Below, piece after piece: positions 20,616-29,828 of a DNA stretch of 64,000 nucleotides. The notes under the pieces are model-generated. The model saw only the letters and a list, made by a program, of their open reading frames with translations. It searched no databases and was not told where the DNA came from. Source of the stretch: Nitrospirota bacterium (lineage in GTDB: Bacteria; Nitrospirota; Nitrospiria; Nitrospirales; Nitrospiraceae). Location: positions 85,117-149,116 of the forward strand of contig CAVPGK010000023.1 in the NCBI GenBank assembly GCA_963703955.1, read 5' to 3'. A program made the translations under genes and the position numbers. Positions within the stretch are counted from its first letter, which is position 1. Every line of letters begins with the position of its first letter.

Positions 20616-21344
20616 ATGGATAACCCACCCGGCCTGCCGCTGAGGATTGATGGTTCCCCCCGGACACACAGTCACGTGACACCTAACTCCAACACCCTCG
20701 CCGGCGCTTTTTTTGATGTCGATAATACGCTCGTGCCGGGGTCGGCGATCGAAGTCGGTTTCTTCCGGTATCTGCTGAAACGCGGTTTCGTGGGAGCCGG
20801 CGAGGCGGTTCGCAGCCTGTGGTTTTTGCTCCAACATATCCCGCCCCTCTCGTTGCATGCCCTCCGCGAGCGAAAATTGTATCTCGCGGGGAAACAACCG
20901 GCCACCATCGAGCCGTTAGCGCACGACTTCATTCAATTGGAAATCTGCCCACGCCTGTCGCCGGACGGACGCGCGGCGATTGAGTCACACCGGCGTGCGG
21001 GACACGAACTGGTCCTGTTGACAGGCTCGCTGGATTTCCTCATCGCCCCGTTGGCTTCCGTGCTCGAGGTGAAGACGGTGCTGGCCGCGCGGCCGGAGCG
21101 GACTCCTGAAGGATATACCGGCCACCTCTTGCCTCCCTTCCCGTACGGCGAAGGGAAACGCCGGTTGGTCGAGTCCTTTGTAACGCAGCACAATATGGAT
21201 TTGAAACATTGCTACGCCTATGGCGACAGCCCGGGGGATGTGGAGGTCCTCCAGTCGGTCGGGTATCCTATGGTGGTGAACCCAATCCGAGGAATGAGTC
21301 GGATTGCCAGGCGGCATGGGTGGCCGGTCGCAAAGTGGACGTGA
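20616..21344 (+). CDS. HAD-IB family hydrolase (start uncertain)
   Basis: FFDVDNTL, LLTGS, GEGK, YAYGDSPGD, VVNP. Confidence 0.92.
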   Translation: MDNPPGLPLRIDGSPRTHSHVTPNSNTLAGAFFDVDNTLVPGSAIEVGFFRYLLKRGFVGAGEAVRSLWFLLQHIPPLSLHALRERKLYLAGKQPATIEPLAHDFIQLEICPRLSPDGRAAIESHRRAGHELVLLTGSLDFLIAPLASVLEVKTVLAARPERTPEGYTGHLLPPFPYGEGKRRLVESFVTQHNMDLKHCYAYGDSPGDVEVLQSVGYPMVVNPIRGMSRIARRHGWPVAKWT

Positions 21345-21351
21345 GAGACTG

Positions 21352-21465
21352 ATGAAAAGGGGAGGACGGGATGGAAGGGCTGGCCTCCGTGCTCGCGCAA
21401 CGCGCACGATCAGAATGTGCTCGTTGGACGCGCGCAATCGAGGCCTGCCCTGCCATCCCTTTCAT
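21352..21465. repeat. Palindromic intergenic element: module B inside a 20-bp inverted repeat
   Basis: Arms 21368-21387 and 21440-21459 match 18/20; the core resembles 39941-39990 and 58463-58508. Confidence 0.8.
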
Positions 21466-21487
21466 GACAAACGCGGCCTCGTTGCGA

Positions 21488-21552
21488 CGGGAAGGGGCGC
21501 GTCCCACGGGAACAGAGCCTGTTCTGGCAGGCTCGGGGTGGGCGGGTGAGAT
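21488..21552 (-). repeat. Intergenic repeat, module D
   Basis: Its reverse complement aligns closely with 24010-24074 (…CACCCCGAGCC…GGCTCT…TTCCCGTGGGACGCGCCCC…). Confidence 0.85.
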
Positions 21553-21642
21553 TGACCATTTCGATCAGCCTCTACCTATCAACTCCGATCGAAAGATGCT
21601 GCTGAATGCTGAACGCTGACGCCTGATAGCTTTTTGCTAACC

Positions 21643-22278
21643 ATGAGAGTGACCGAAATCTTCCACAGCATTCAGGGTGAGTCGAGCTATGCCGGGCTCC
21701 CCTGCGTGTTCGTCCGACTCACAGGGTGCCCGCTGCGCTGTTCATGGTGCGATAGCGAGTATACCTTCCACGGCGGAACGGACATGACGCTTGAGCAAGT
21801 GATGAGCCGAGTCAGTAGCTATGGGTGCCGGCTGGTCGAGGTGACCGGAGGCGAGCCGTTGCACCAGCAAGAGGCCTTACGGCTCATTGAGGTGCTATGC
21901 GAGGAGGGATACACCGTCCTCGTTGAGACCAGCGGTGCGATCGACATCTCACCCGTGGATCAGCGGGCTCGCGTCATTGTGGATGTGAAGTGTCCCGGCA
22001 GCGGCATGATGGATCGGATGGACTGGGACAACCTCGGCCGCGTGACGGCCAAAGATGAGGTAAAATTTGTCATCAAAGACCGCGCGGACTACGACTGGGC
22101 CGTATTGATACTCAAACAGTATGACCTGGAGCATCGTTGCATGGTCTTATTCGGGCCCGTCTTTGGTGATCTGGATCTGCGGCAACTGGCCGAGTGGATT
22201 CTCGCGGATAAGCTTCGGGTTCGCTTTCAGATGCAGTTGCACAAGTACATATGGGACCCCGATATGCGGGGCGTCTAA
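21643..22278 (+). CDS. queE: 7-carboxy-7-deazaguanine synthase (radical SAM)
   Basis: EIFHSIQGE, FVRLTGCPLRCSWCD, VTGGEP, VETSG, QLHK. Confidence 0.93.
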   Translation: MRVTEIFHSIQGESSYAGLPCVFVRLTGCPLRCSWCDSEYTFHGGTDMTLEQVMSRVSSYGCRLVEVTGGEPLHQQEALRLIEVLCEEGYTVLVETSGAIDISPVDQRARVIVDVKCPGSGMMDRMDWDNLGRVTAKDEVKFVIKDRADYDWAVLILKQYDLEHRCMVLFGPVFGDLDLRQLAEWILADKLRVRFQMQLHKYIWDPDMRGV

Positions 22279-22279
22279 C

Positions 22280-22403
22280 GGGATGCTGAAAAAGGCCCCC
22301 AACTTCGTTCTCAGCTCGAAAAAATCCTCAACGTACCCCAGAGGGTACGCCTGCGGTTTTTTCTTTGCCTGCGGCCTCGTTGGATGACCTTTTTGAGCAT
22401 CCC
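22280..22403. mobile_element. MITE-like element with 18-bp terminal inverted repeats (module A)
   Basis: GGGATGCTGAAAAAGGCC ... GACCTTTTTGAGCATCCC (16/18); internal hairpin CGTACCC-CAGA-GGGTACG; no coding capacity. Confidence 0.75.
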
Positions 22404-22423
22404 ACTGGGAGGATAATATCGGC

Positions 22424-23965
22424 ATGAACGTGATGAACGTACGGGTGAAGCAAGGTCGGATCGAGCGTGAGCCGGCTGAAGTGTTGGTATTGAGTCATTT
22501 TGAAGATGAGGCGGGACTTTCCGGTCAAGCGGCTGCCATCGACCGCGCGTTACACGGCGCCCTCCGCAACCTTCTCAAGAACAGAGAGTTTCAGGGCAAG
22601 AGCAATCAGACGGTCCTGCTTCACACACAGGGCAACCTGCCCGCGAAGCGCGTCCTCCTGGTCGGTCTTGGAAAAAGAAAAGATACGCGCTTGGATACAG
22701 TGCGGCAGGCCATGGGGACTGCGGTCAAGCGGATACGTCAAGCCGGAGCCGGATCGTTCCTCACGCCGCTTCACGGTGATATGCTGCCGCGCACTTCTGC
22801 CCTCGAACTTGCCCAGGCGATGACGGAAGGCGCCATCCTCGGTGGGTACCAATTTACGGTCTATCGAAGCAATTCCTCTGAGGAACCGAAAGACATCGAC
22901 ACAATGACGGTGGTCGAGCCGAGAACCGACGCGGCCAGCGCCGTGAAAGAAGGTGTTCGGCGTGGGGTGGCCAGCGCCGAAGCGACGATGTTCGTGCGCG
23001 ACCTTTGCAATCACCCCTCCAATGTCATGACTCCCACCCGTATTGCCCATGAAGCGAAGGCCATCGCTCGCGAGCACGGCGTCCGGGTCAAGATTCTGGA
23101 GCAGCGGGAGGTCGCTAAACTAGGTATGGGAGCGTTTCTGGGTGTCGCTCGCGGCAGCCACGAGCCGCCGAAATTCATCATCTTGGAATACCAAGGACAA
23201 CGAGGCAGCGTTCGCGGGAACGGACGCCGGGGGAAACCGATCGTCCTGGTGGGTAAGACCATCACGTTCGATACCGGCGGCATCTCACTCAAGCCGGCCG
23301 AGAACATGGAGCAGATGAAAGCCGATATGACCGGCGGTGCGGAAGTTCTGGCGACGATACGCGCTGCATCTCGGCTGCGCTTACCGCTCCACGTCATCGG
23401 GCTCCTCCCCGCGACCGAAAATATGCCGGGCGGACGGGCCATCAAGCCGGGAGACATTCTCAAGACGCTGTCGGGGCAGACGGTCGAGGTGCAGAACACC
23501 GACGCGGAAGGACGGCTGATTCTGGCTGATGGGTTGAACTATGCCACCCGGTACAAACCCGCGGCGATCGTTGACGTGGCCACGCTCACAGGCGCATGCA
23601 TGGTTGCGCTGGGTCAGTTTGCCGTCGGCATGTTGGGGAACAACGACGGCCTGAAGCAGCGCATCCAGCAAGCCGGCCTGAAGGCGGGCGAGCGGGTCTG
23701 GGAAATGCCGCTCTGGGACGAATATTTCGAGCAGCTCAAGAGCGACGTGGCCGACATGCGCAATATCGGCGGCCGTGGCGGCGGGATGATTACGGCGGCC
23801 CTCTTTCTCAGCAAGTTCGTGGGAGATTGCCCCTGGGTGCATCTCGACATCGCCAGCACGGACTGGAGCGAACGTGAACGGGCGTACATCTCGAAAGGCC
23901 CCACCGGCATCGGAACCCGTCTATTGATTCAATTCCTTCTTCATGAGGCGACTGGCAAATCATGA
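22424..23965 (+). CDS. pepA: Leucyl aminopeptidase (M17)
   Basis: VGK.ITFDTGGISLKP, MKADM.G, NTDAEGRLILAD, ATLTGA, HLDIA. Confidence 0.96.
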   Translation: MNVMNVRVKQGRIEREPAEVLVLSHFEDEAGLSGQAAAIDRALHGALRNLLKNREFQGKSNQTVLLHTQGNLPAKRVLLVGLGKRKDTRLDTVRQAMGTAVKRIRQAGAGSFLTPLHGDMLPRTSALELAQAMTEGAILGGYQFTVYRSNSSEEPKDIDTMTVVEPRTDAASAVKEGVRRGVASAEATMFVRDLCNHPSNVMTPTRIAHEAKAIAREHGVRVKILEQREVAKLGMGAFLGVARGSHEPPKFIILEYQGQRGSVRGNGRRGKPIVLVGKTITFDTGGISLKPAENMEQMKADMTGGAEVLATIRAASRLRLPLHVIGLLPATENMPGGRAIKPGDILKTLSGQTVEVQNTDAEGRLILADGLNYATRYKPAAIVDVATLTGACMVALGQFAVGMLGNNDGLKQRIQQAGLKAGERVWEMPLWDEYFEQLKSDVADMRNIGGRGGGMITAALFLSKFVGDCPWVHLDIASTDWSERERAYISKGPTGIGTRLLIQFLLHEATGKS

Positions 23966-23991
23966 GTGCGTGCAGCGTTTTCTTTTCGCCT

Positions 23992-24097
23992 CCGCCCACC
24001 CCAGGCGATATCTCACCAGCCCCACCCCGAGCCGGCCAAGACCGGCTCTTTCCCGTGGGACGCGCCCCCTCCCGATTGCACCCGCCCACCCCAGGCG
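23992..24097 (+). repeat. Module D flanked by a 16-bp direct repeat
   Basis: CCGCCCACCCCAGGCG at 23992-24007 and 24082-24097; the core is homologous to 21488-21552. Confidence 0.85.
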
Positions 24098-24188
24098 CGT
24101 TCCGTAGCCGCGAAGTCTCGGCTGAGCGAGGTTCAATCAGACACATCCTTTCCCTGGCAGCCCGCAGCGTTCAGGCACAGGGCCGGCC

Positions 24189-25295
24189 ATGACGGACCTG
24201 CGCGATCAGATCGGCCAACTCTTCATGCTCGGATTTTCCGGGACGTCGGTGTCCTCGGAGCTCGCCGCACTCATGGCCGACTATCGGCCCGGCGGGTTGA
24301 TCGTCTTCTCGCGAAATCTCAAATCTGCCGGGCAGATCGCTTCGCTCACGAACGATCTCCAGAAGCTGGCGACAAACTCGCCGCTCCTACTGTCGATCGA
24401 CCAGGAAGGCGGTCGCGTCTCACGACTGCCGGCCGGGTTCACGATCTTCCCGCCTTGCGCCGTGCTCGGGCATTGCGGATCAGCCGAGCTGGCCTACGCC
24501 GCCGCAGCCGCAACGGCAGTGGAACTGCGCGCCGTTGGCCTCAACATGAACATGGCGCCGGTCTTGGATGTGGATACCAACCCGGACAATCCCATCATCG
24601 GAGACCGGGCATTCGGCCCCAAGGCGGAGCAGGTCTGTGAGTTGGGGCTGGCGACCATGGCGGGCTTGCAGGACAATAAGGTCGTCGCCTGCGGCAAGCA
24701 TTTTCCCGGACACGGAGATACCATTGCCGACTCGCACAAGGAGCTGCCGGTTGTCCGCGCGTCGGCCGAGCGGCTTCGGACGCTGGAACTGCGTCCGTTC
24801 CGGCACGCGATCGACAATGGCCTGGCCACGATCATGACCGCGCATGTCATGTATCCAAACCTAGATCCCACGTATCCCGCGACTCTCTCCTCCACGATTC
24901 TGACCGGCTTGCTCAGGGACGAGCTCCGATTCAACGGCGTCATTCTGACCGACGATCTGGAGATGCATGCGATCATCGATCACTACGGTATTGAAGACGC
25001 CGTAGTGCGGGCATTTCAGGCCGGCGCCGATATCCTCCTGATCTGCAAAGACCGCGATCGCGAAGTCGCGGCGATGGAGGGCCTCTACCGTGGGGTCAAG
25101 GACGGGACCATTCCGATGACTCGAATCGAGGAATCCCTTCGCCGGATCGCGCGTCTCAAAGAGCGTTTTCTCACTCCCCAGGCCTCCGCCGACCTCCAAA
25201 CTGCCAAACAGATCGTGGGAAGCCACGCGCACCGGACATTGTTGGAAACCATCCGACAAGCCGGTGAGCGACGTGCGGACAGACCCTTCTCATGA
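24189..25295 (+). CDS. nagZ: Beta-N-acetylhexosaminidase (GH3)
   Basis: SIDQEGGRVSRL, KHFPGHGDT..DSH, IMTAHV, TDDLEM. Confidence 0.95.
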   Translation: MTDLRDQIGQLFMLGFSGTSVSSELAALMADYRPGGLIVFSRNLKSAGQIASLTNDLQKLATNSPLLLSIDQEGGRVSRLPAGFTIFPPCAVLGHCGSAELAYAAAAATAVELRAVGLNMNMAPVLDVDTNPDNPIIGDRAFGPKAEQVCELGLATMAGLQDNKVVACGKHFPGHGDTIADSHKELPVVRASAERLRTLELRPFRHAIDNGLATIMTAHVMYPNLDPTYPATLSSTILTGLLRDELRFNGVILTDDLEMHAIIDHYGIEDAVVRAFQAGADILLICKDRDREVAAMEGLYRGVKDGTIPMTRIEESLRRIARLKERFLTPQASADLQTAKQIVGSHAHRTLLETIRQAGERRADRPFS

Positions 25296-25338
25296 GCCCT
25301 TCTCCCTCGGCTCTTCTTCTCGATCTGCCGTGAAAGCC

Positions 25339-26604
25339 ATGCCCGTCAGCCGGAAAGAGCTTTGGGCATGGTGCATGTATGATTTCGCCAATTCCTCGTT
25401 CACGACGCTCATCGTCACGGTCGCCTACAGCGTGTACTTCGTTCAGGTCGTCGCCGCTCATCTGGGGGATGGAACCGCAGAGCGGGTGTGGTTCTGGGGA
25501 TATGCCGCCTCCATGTTCGTGGTGGCGTTGCTCTCACCGACGCTGGGAGCGCTTGCCGACGCGCGCGCTGCAAAACGAACCTTTCTTATCATCTCCACGC
25601 TCGTCTGCGTCGCCTGCACCGCGCTCCTTGCCTTCGTGCAACCGGGGGACGTCTGGTTGGGTTTGATCCTCTTCGGCATGGCGAATGTCGCGTTCGACCT
25701 CGGCTTTCTCTTCTGCAGCGCCTTTCTGGTCGAGATCACGGCTCCATCAACGATGGGTCGGATCTCCGGGTATGGATGGGGACTGGGCTACGTCGGCGGC
25801 CTCTTGTCCCTGGCGCTGGCCTATCCCTTCATCAAAGGCGGCTTCGGACCGGAGAACCTCGGACTCTACCAGCTCAGCTTTGCGGTGACCGCGCTCTTTT
25901 TTTTACTGGCCGCGCTGCCGACGTTCTTCTTTCTGAAAGAGCGGGCGGTTCCGCAGAGCGTCACGACCGGGGCTCCGCTCTGGCGAGAGGCCCTGAACAG
26001 GTTGGCGATGACGAGGCGACAACTCGGGCGGTATCGAGATTTAGCCGTCTACTTGATCGGATACCTCATTTACACGGACGCGATCAACACGGTGATCGTC
26101 GCCTCGGCGATTTTCGCGAACAAAGTCCTGGACTTTTCACCGGGCGATCTGATTATCTATTTTCTCATTACGCAGATCACCGCGGGATTGGGTGCGGTCG
26201 CATTCGGGGTGCTGGCCGATCGGATCGGTGCCAAACGGACGATCAGCTTGACGCTGGTGATGTGGATCATCCTGTCCGTCGGCGCGTCGGCAGTTCAGAC
26301 CCATGCCCAGTTTTATGTCATCGGATTGATCGCCGGGGCAGCCCTCGGCGCGAACCAGTCCGCCAGCCGGATGCTCCTCGGCCGATTTACGCCGGTCGGG
26401 CGCCAAGGCGAATTTTTTGGATTCTTTTCCGTCACAGGAAAATTCGCCGCCATCATCGGACCGCTGGTCTATGGCGAAGTCACCGCCTGGACAGGCAGCC
26501 AGCGCTGGGCGGTCCTCTCGATGGCGGTGTTCTTCGCCATCGGCCTCGCCGTCTTTCAGGCCGTCAACGAACACCGAGGGATCGCGGTCGCACATGAATC
26601 ATGA
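25339..26604 (+). CDS. MFS transporter (UMF1/ATG22-like)
   Basis: WCMYDFANS, SGYGWGLGYVGG, QSASR, EFFGF. Confidence 0.92.
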   Translation: MPVSRKELWAWCMYDFANSSFTTLIVTVAYSVYFVQVVAAHLGDGTAERVWFWGYAASMFVVALLSPTLGALADARAAKRTFLIISTLVCVACTALLAFVQPGDVWLGLILFGMANVAFDLGFLFCSAFLVEITAPSTMGRISGYGWGLGYVGGLLSLALAYPFIKGGFGPENLGLYQLSFAVTALFFLLAALPTFFFLKERAVPQSVTTGAPLWREALNRLAMTRRQLGRYRDLAVYLIGYLIYTDAINTVIVASAIFANKVLDFSPGDLIIYFLITQITAGLGAVAFGVLADRIGAKRTISLTLVMWIILSVGASAVQTHAQFYVIGLIAGAALGANQSASRMLLGRFTPVGRQGEFFGFFSVTGKFAAIIGPLVYGEVTAWTGSQRWAVLSMAVFFAIGLAVFQAVNEHRGIAVAHES

Positions 26605-26695
26605 GCTCTCAGCCACCAGCAAGCAGTGTTCAGCGACGAAAGGAATTTCTCTCTACGCTGAACGTTGATAGCTGATCGTTAGAACAAGGAACATC

Positions 26696-27088
26696 ATGCC
26701 ACTCAAGAAAGGCGACATTCTTGACGAGCAGAAGCGGCATCCGGACAGTTGCGGGCTGGTGGTCAAGGTTATGGGCGGTGGAGAGGGATTTGAAAGAATC
26801 GTCTGCTGCGATCACGACCTCACGGAAGAGGATGGGGTGTCGCAGGTTGGCTCCACGAGGGGCCGGAAAAAGGGAGCCTTGCCGGTCGGCGTGATCCTGG
26901 ATGAAAGGAAGCTCTATCCCAACTCCTGCGGGCTGCGCGTCATGATTATGGACGGCGGCGAGGGGTTCCGCGAAATCATCTGTTGCGGTCACTCCTTGAC
27001 AATGAATGCGATGAAGGAACTCAACTTCGGGCAAAGGCGCGACGCGTTTCCATCCGACCCAGGACCCGGCCCACAAGGCACCGCATAA
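26696..27088 (+). CDS. Small protein with two desulforedoxin-like Cys repeats
   Basis: Two copies of G.ILDE....P.SCGL.V..M.GGEGF..I.CC.H.L; RBS AAGGA. Confidence 0.75.
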   Translation: MPLKKGDILDEQKRHPDSCGLVVKVMGGGEGFERIVCCDHDLTEEDGVSQVGSTRGRKKGALPVGVILDERKLYPNSCGLRVMIMDGGEGFREIICCGHSLTMNAMKELNFGQRRDAFPSDPGPGPQGTA

Positions 27089-27147
27089 GGAATAGCAATA
27101 GAGGATAGCGAATGGCTCTGAGCTGCTAGCTATTCGCTCCCACAAAA

Positions 27148-27621
27148 ATGGGCGACCGCACTGAATCCATAAAACAGTGGTTAACGTGGATGGATTGGCT
27201 CGACCGTTGGGGGTACATTACTGCGGGCCTGAGCCTGCTCGTGCTCGGCATGCTGATCTTCGCGCACAGCTGGTTCGTCTTCGTGGTCGATGCGACTCAG
27301 AAGACAGGCATGCTGGTTGCCGGCCTACAACTCCTGAACGACCTCCTGCTCGTGATCATCTTGCTGGAGCTGTTCCGTACGGTCGTGCGATTTCTCCAGA
27401 CCGAAATTCTCGCCCTCGAGCCGTACTTGGCCGTCGGGATCATCGCCTGCACGAGGCGAATTTTGACCGGCAGCGCTGAACTCTCTCATATGCCTGAGGT
27501 CACCGATGAGCTGTTCAACCGATATCTGATGGATGTCGGCGTGAACGTGGCGGTGATTATGGTCCTCGTCATCGCCGTCTTTCTCGTTCGCAAACGACCG
27601 GACCTTGCCGCACAAAGGTGA
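27148..27621 (+). CDS. PsiE-family membrane protein
   Basis: Four TM segments, LLVIILLELFRTV, EPYLAVGIIACTRRIL. Confidence 0.85.
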   Translation: MGDRTESIKQWLTWMDWLDRWGYITAGLSLLVLGMLIFAHSWFVFVVDATQKTGMLVAGLQLLNDLLLVIILLELFRTVVRFLQTEILALEPYLAVGIIACTRRILTGSAELSHMPEVTDELFNRYLMDVGVNVAVIMVLVIAVFLVRKRPDLAAQR

Positions 27622-27725
27622 GGCTCCTTATTCATCGCTCGCGCACCTCGGCGGCGTCTGCTCACGTGACGCCCATTATTCCTCGCGTCGCGGAGCTCGC
27701 ACCACCGTTCATCAATAATCCGGTC
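27622..27725. repeat. Shortened copy of the 35557 element (module C plus a right-TIR-like end)
   Basis: CTCGGCGGCGTC…ACGTGACGC…TTATTCCTCGCGTCGCGGA at 27647-27694; TTCATCAATAATCCGG resembles the right TIR at 35845. Confidence 0.75.
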
Positions 27726-27748
27726 CAGCCACTCCGGATCTCTCCACG

Positions 27749-29269
27749 ATGTCGCCACTGGGGATCCTCGACACACTCATGACGGGGGAAGAACCGGTCC
27801 GCTGGAGTACGCATGGGCACGTCACAGCCTTGGCGGCGGGGCCGGCGGCAGCCCTATTTCTGTTCCTGATCCCAATGCCCGCCCTGACTGCCGACGCGCA
27901 TGCACTAGCGGCGATCCTCAGTTGTGTGATCCTGTATTGGATTCTGGAACCGATCCCGCTGCCGGTCACGTCACTGCTCGGGGCAGCCGCTTGCGTGGTG
28001 GCCGGGCTCGGGTCTGCGAAAAGCATCTTTGCCTCCTTCGGGCATCCCATCATCTTTCTCTTCATCGGCAGTTTTCTTTTGGCTGAGGCCATGGCTGTTC
28101 ACGGTGTCGATCGGCGAGTGGCGACCGGAATTCTCTCCCTCTCGTGGGTCGGCGCCCGACCTTCACGGATTCTGCTGGCAGTAGGCGCCGCGACGGCGGT
28201 CATCTCGATGTGGATCAGCAACACCGCCGCCACTGCGCTGATGCTTCCGATCGGATTGGGTGTGCTGAGCACGCTTCGGGACGCGTCGAGCGAGAACGTC
28301 GGACCGTATCGTACCGGCATGATGTTGATGCTGTCCTATGCCGCGACGGCCGGAGGCATGGCCACGATCATCGGCACCCCACCGAACCTGATTGGCGCGG
28401 GACTCATTGCCCAACAGACGGGCGTCACGATTTCATTTCTGACCTGGCTGCTGTTCGGCCTTCCCTTAGCGATTGTCACACTCTTCTCGGCCTGGGGGCT
28501 GCTCCTCACGTTGTTCCAGTCTCATGTGCCGGTTCTCCCCGGCATCCACAAGTCAGTTCGAGATCAGCGGCGAGGACTGGGCGAATGGACGCGCGGACAG
28601 ATGAATGCGTGTGTCGCGTTCGGCGTGGCGGCGTTTTTGTGGGTCGCGCCGAGCTTGGTGGCAGCCGTGGACGGACCGGACAATGCCGTGGTGGTCTGGA
28701 TCGAGGCGCATCTCCCGAACGAGTTGGTCGCTCTGCTCGCCGCCGGCTTGCTGTTCGTCCTTCCCACGGACCTGCGCAACGGAAGGTTTACGCTGTCCTG
28801 GAAGGAAGCGACGAACATCAACTGGGGCATCATCCTCCTGTTTGGGGGAGGGCTGGCCTTTGGGGATCTGATGATGAAGACCGGACTCTCACACGCCATC
28901 GGAGAAGGATTCGTCACATTCTTCGGCGTGAAGACAGTCTGGGGTCTGACCGCCATTGCGATCCTTTCTGGCGTCATTGTGAGCGAGTTGGCCTCAAACA
29001 CCGCGTCGGCGAGCCTGCTCATTCCGGTGGTCATCGCAATCGCGCAGGCCGCGGGCGTCTCTGCAGTGCCGCCGGCGCTCGGCGCTTGCCTCGGCGCCAG
29101 TCTGGGATTTGCCTTACCAGTCTCGACTGCTCCGAACGCCATCGTCTATGGCACCGGACTGGTCCCCATGCGAAGCATGATCCGCGCCGGTGTCTTGTTC
29201 GATATACTCGGCGCGATCCTGATCTGGATCACACTCCGAATTCTGTGTCCGGCCATCGGACTCGTGTGA
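27749..29269 (+). CDS. SLC13/DASS family anion transporter
   Basis: SMWISNTAAT, IGTPPN, ELASNTAS, PVSTAPNAIVY. Confidence 0.94.
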   Translation: MSPLGILDTLMTGEEPVRWSTHGHVTALAAGPAAALFLFLIPMPALTADAHALAAILSCVILYWILEPIPLPVTSLLGAAACVVAGLGSAKSIFASFGHPIIFLFIGSFLLAEAMAVHGVDRRVATGILSLSWVGARPSRILLAVGAATAVISMWISNTAATALMLPIGLGVLSTLRDASSENVGPYRTGMMLMLSYAATAGGMATIIGTPPNLIGAGLIAQQTGVTISFLTWLLFGLPLAIVTLFSAWGLLLTLFQSHVPVLPGIHKSVRDQRRGLGEWTRGQMNACVAFGVAAFLWVAPSLVAAVDGPDNAVVVWIEAHLPNELVALLAAGLLFVLPTDLRNGRFTLSWKEATNINWGIILLFGGGLAFGDLMMKTGLSHAIGEGFVTFFGVKTVWGLTAIAILSGVIVSELASNTASASLLIPVVIAIAQAAGVSAVPPALGACLGASLGFALPVSTAPNAIVYGTGLVPMRSMIRAGVLFDILGAILIWITLRILCPAIGLV

Positions 29270-29341
29270 ATCTCTTCGCTCTCTTGAATGGACCGACCGG
29301 ATATGGCATCATGCGCCCTCTCGTTGGTGAAGTGAAACATA

Positions 29342-29806
29342 ATGGCGAACCTCTTGGAATACGTCGGCAACATTCACATCTTTCTCGGCCCGTACCGAGG
29401 GAATCCTATCTCCCTGTACTTGAAACGTGGCTCTAACGGGTGCGAAATCGCGCCGAAGGTCTATCCTTGGAATGAGGTGGTGGGGAAAGGGGAGACACCC
29501 AATCGGGCCGCTGCCGATTTTGAAGAGAAGTGGAAAGCGAAAAGTCTCTCGGCCGAGATGTACACCGGTCCGTCCTGGCAAGGCGGGATCAAACCCGAGA
29601 AACCGGCGCCGCCGAAGCCGCCGGCCGCCGCTAAACCTGTCGCTCCGGCCGCTGCTCCGGGGACGGAACCGAAGGGTGCCGACACCACTCCCGCCAAACC
29701 GGCGGTAACCGCTACTCCCGCGGCCGATAAGAAAGCCGCGGCTGCTCCTGCTGCGAACCCCGACATGGCGGCCACTCCTACCAAACCCACCGGAGAGCCC
29801 ACCTAG
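29342..29806 (+). CDS. Hypothetical protein: small globular domain plus a Pro/Ala/Lys tail
   Basis: Clean ORF; about 85-aa ordered N-terminus and a low-complexity C-terminus. Confidence 0.75.
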   Translation: MANLLEYVGNIHIFLGPYRGNPISLYLKRGSNGCEIAPKVYPWNEVVGKGETPNRAAADFEEKWKAKSLSAEMYTGPSWQGGIKPEKPAPPKPPAAAKPVAPAAAPGTEPKGADTTPAKPAVTATPAADKKAAAAPAANPDMAATPTKPTGEPT

Positions 29807-29828
29807 ACCGGCTTTCGCCTACCGTTGC

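Noticed and set aside
25488..29436. Long alternative-frame ORFs (25488..26597, 28144..29436; also antisense 59068..59931)
   Set aside because: They are shadows of well-supported genes, as expected from high-GC codon bias, and carry no recognisable motifs.
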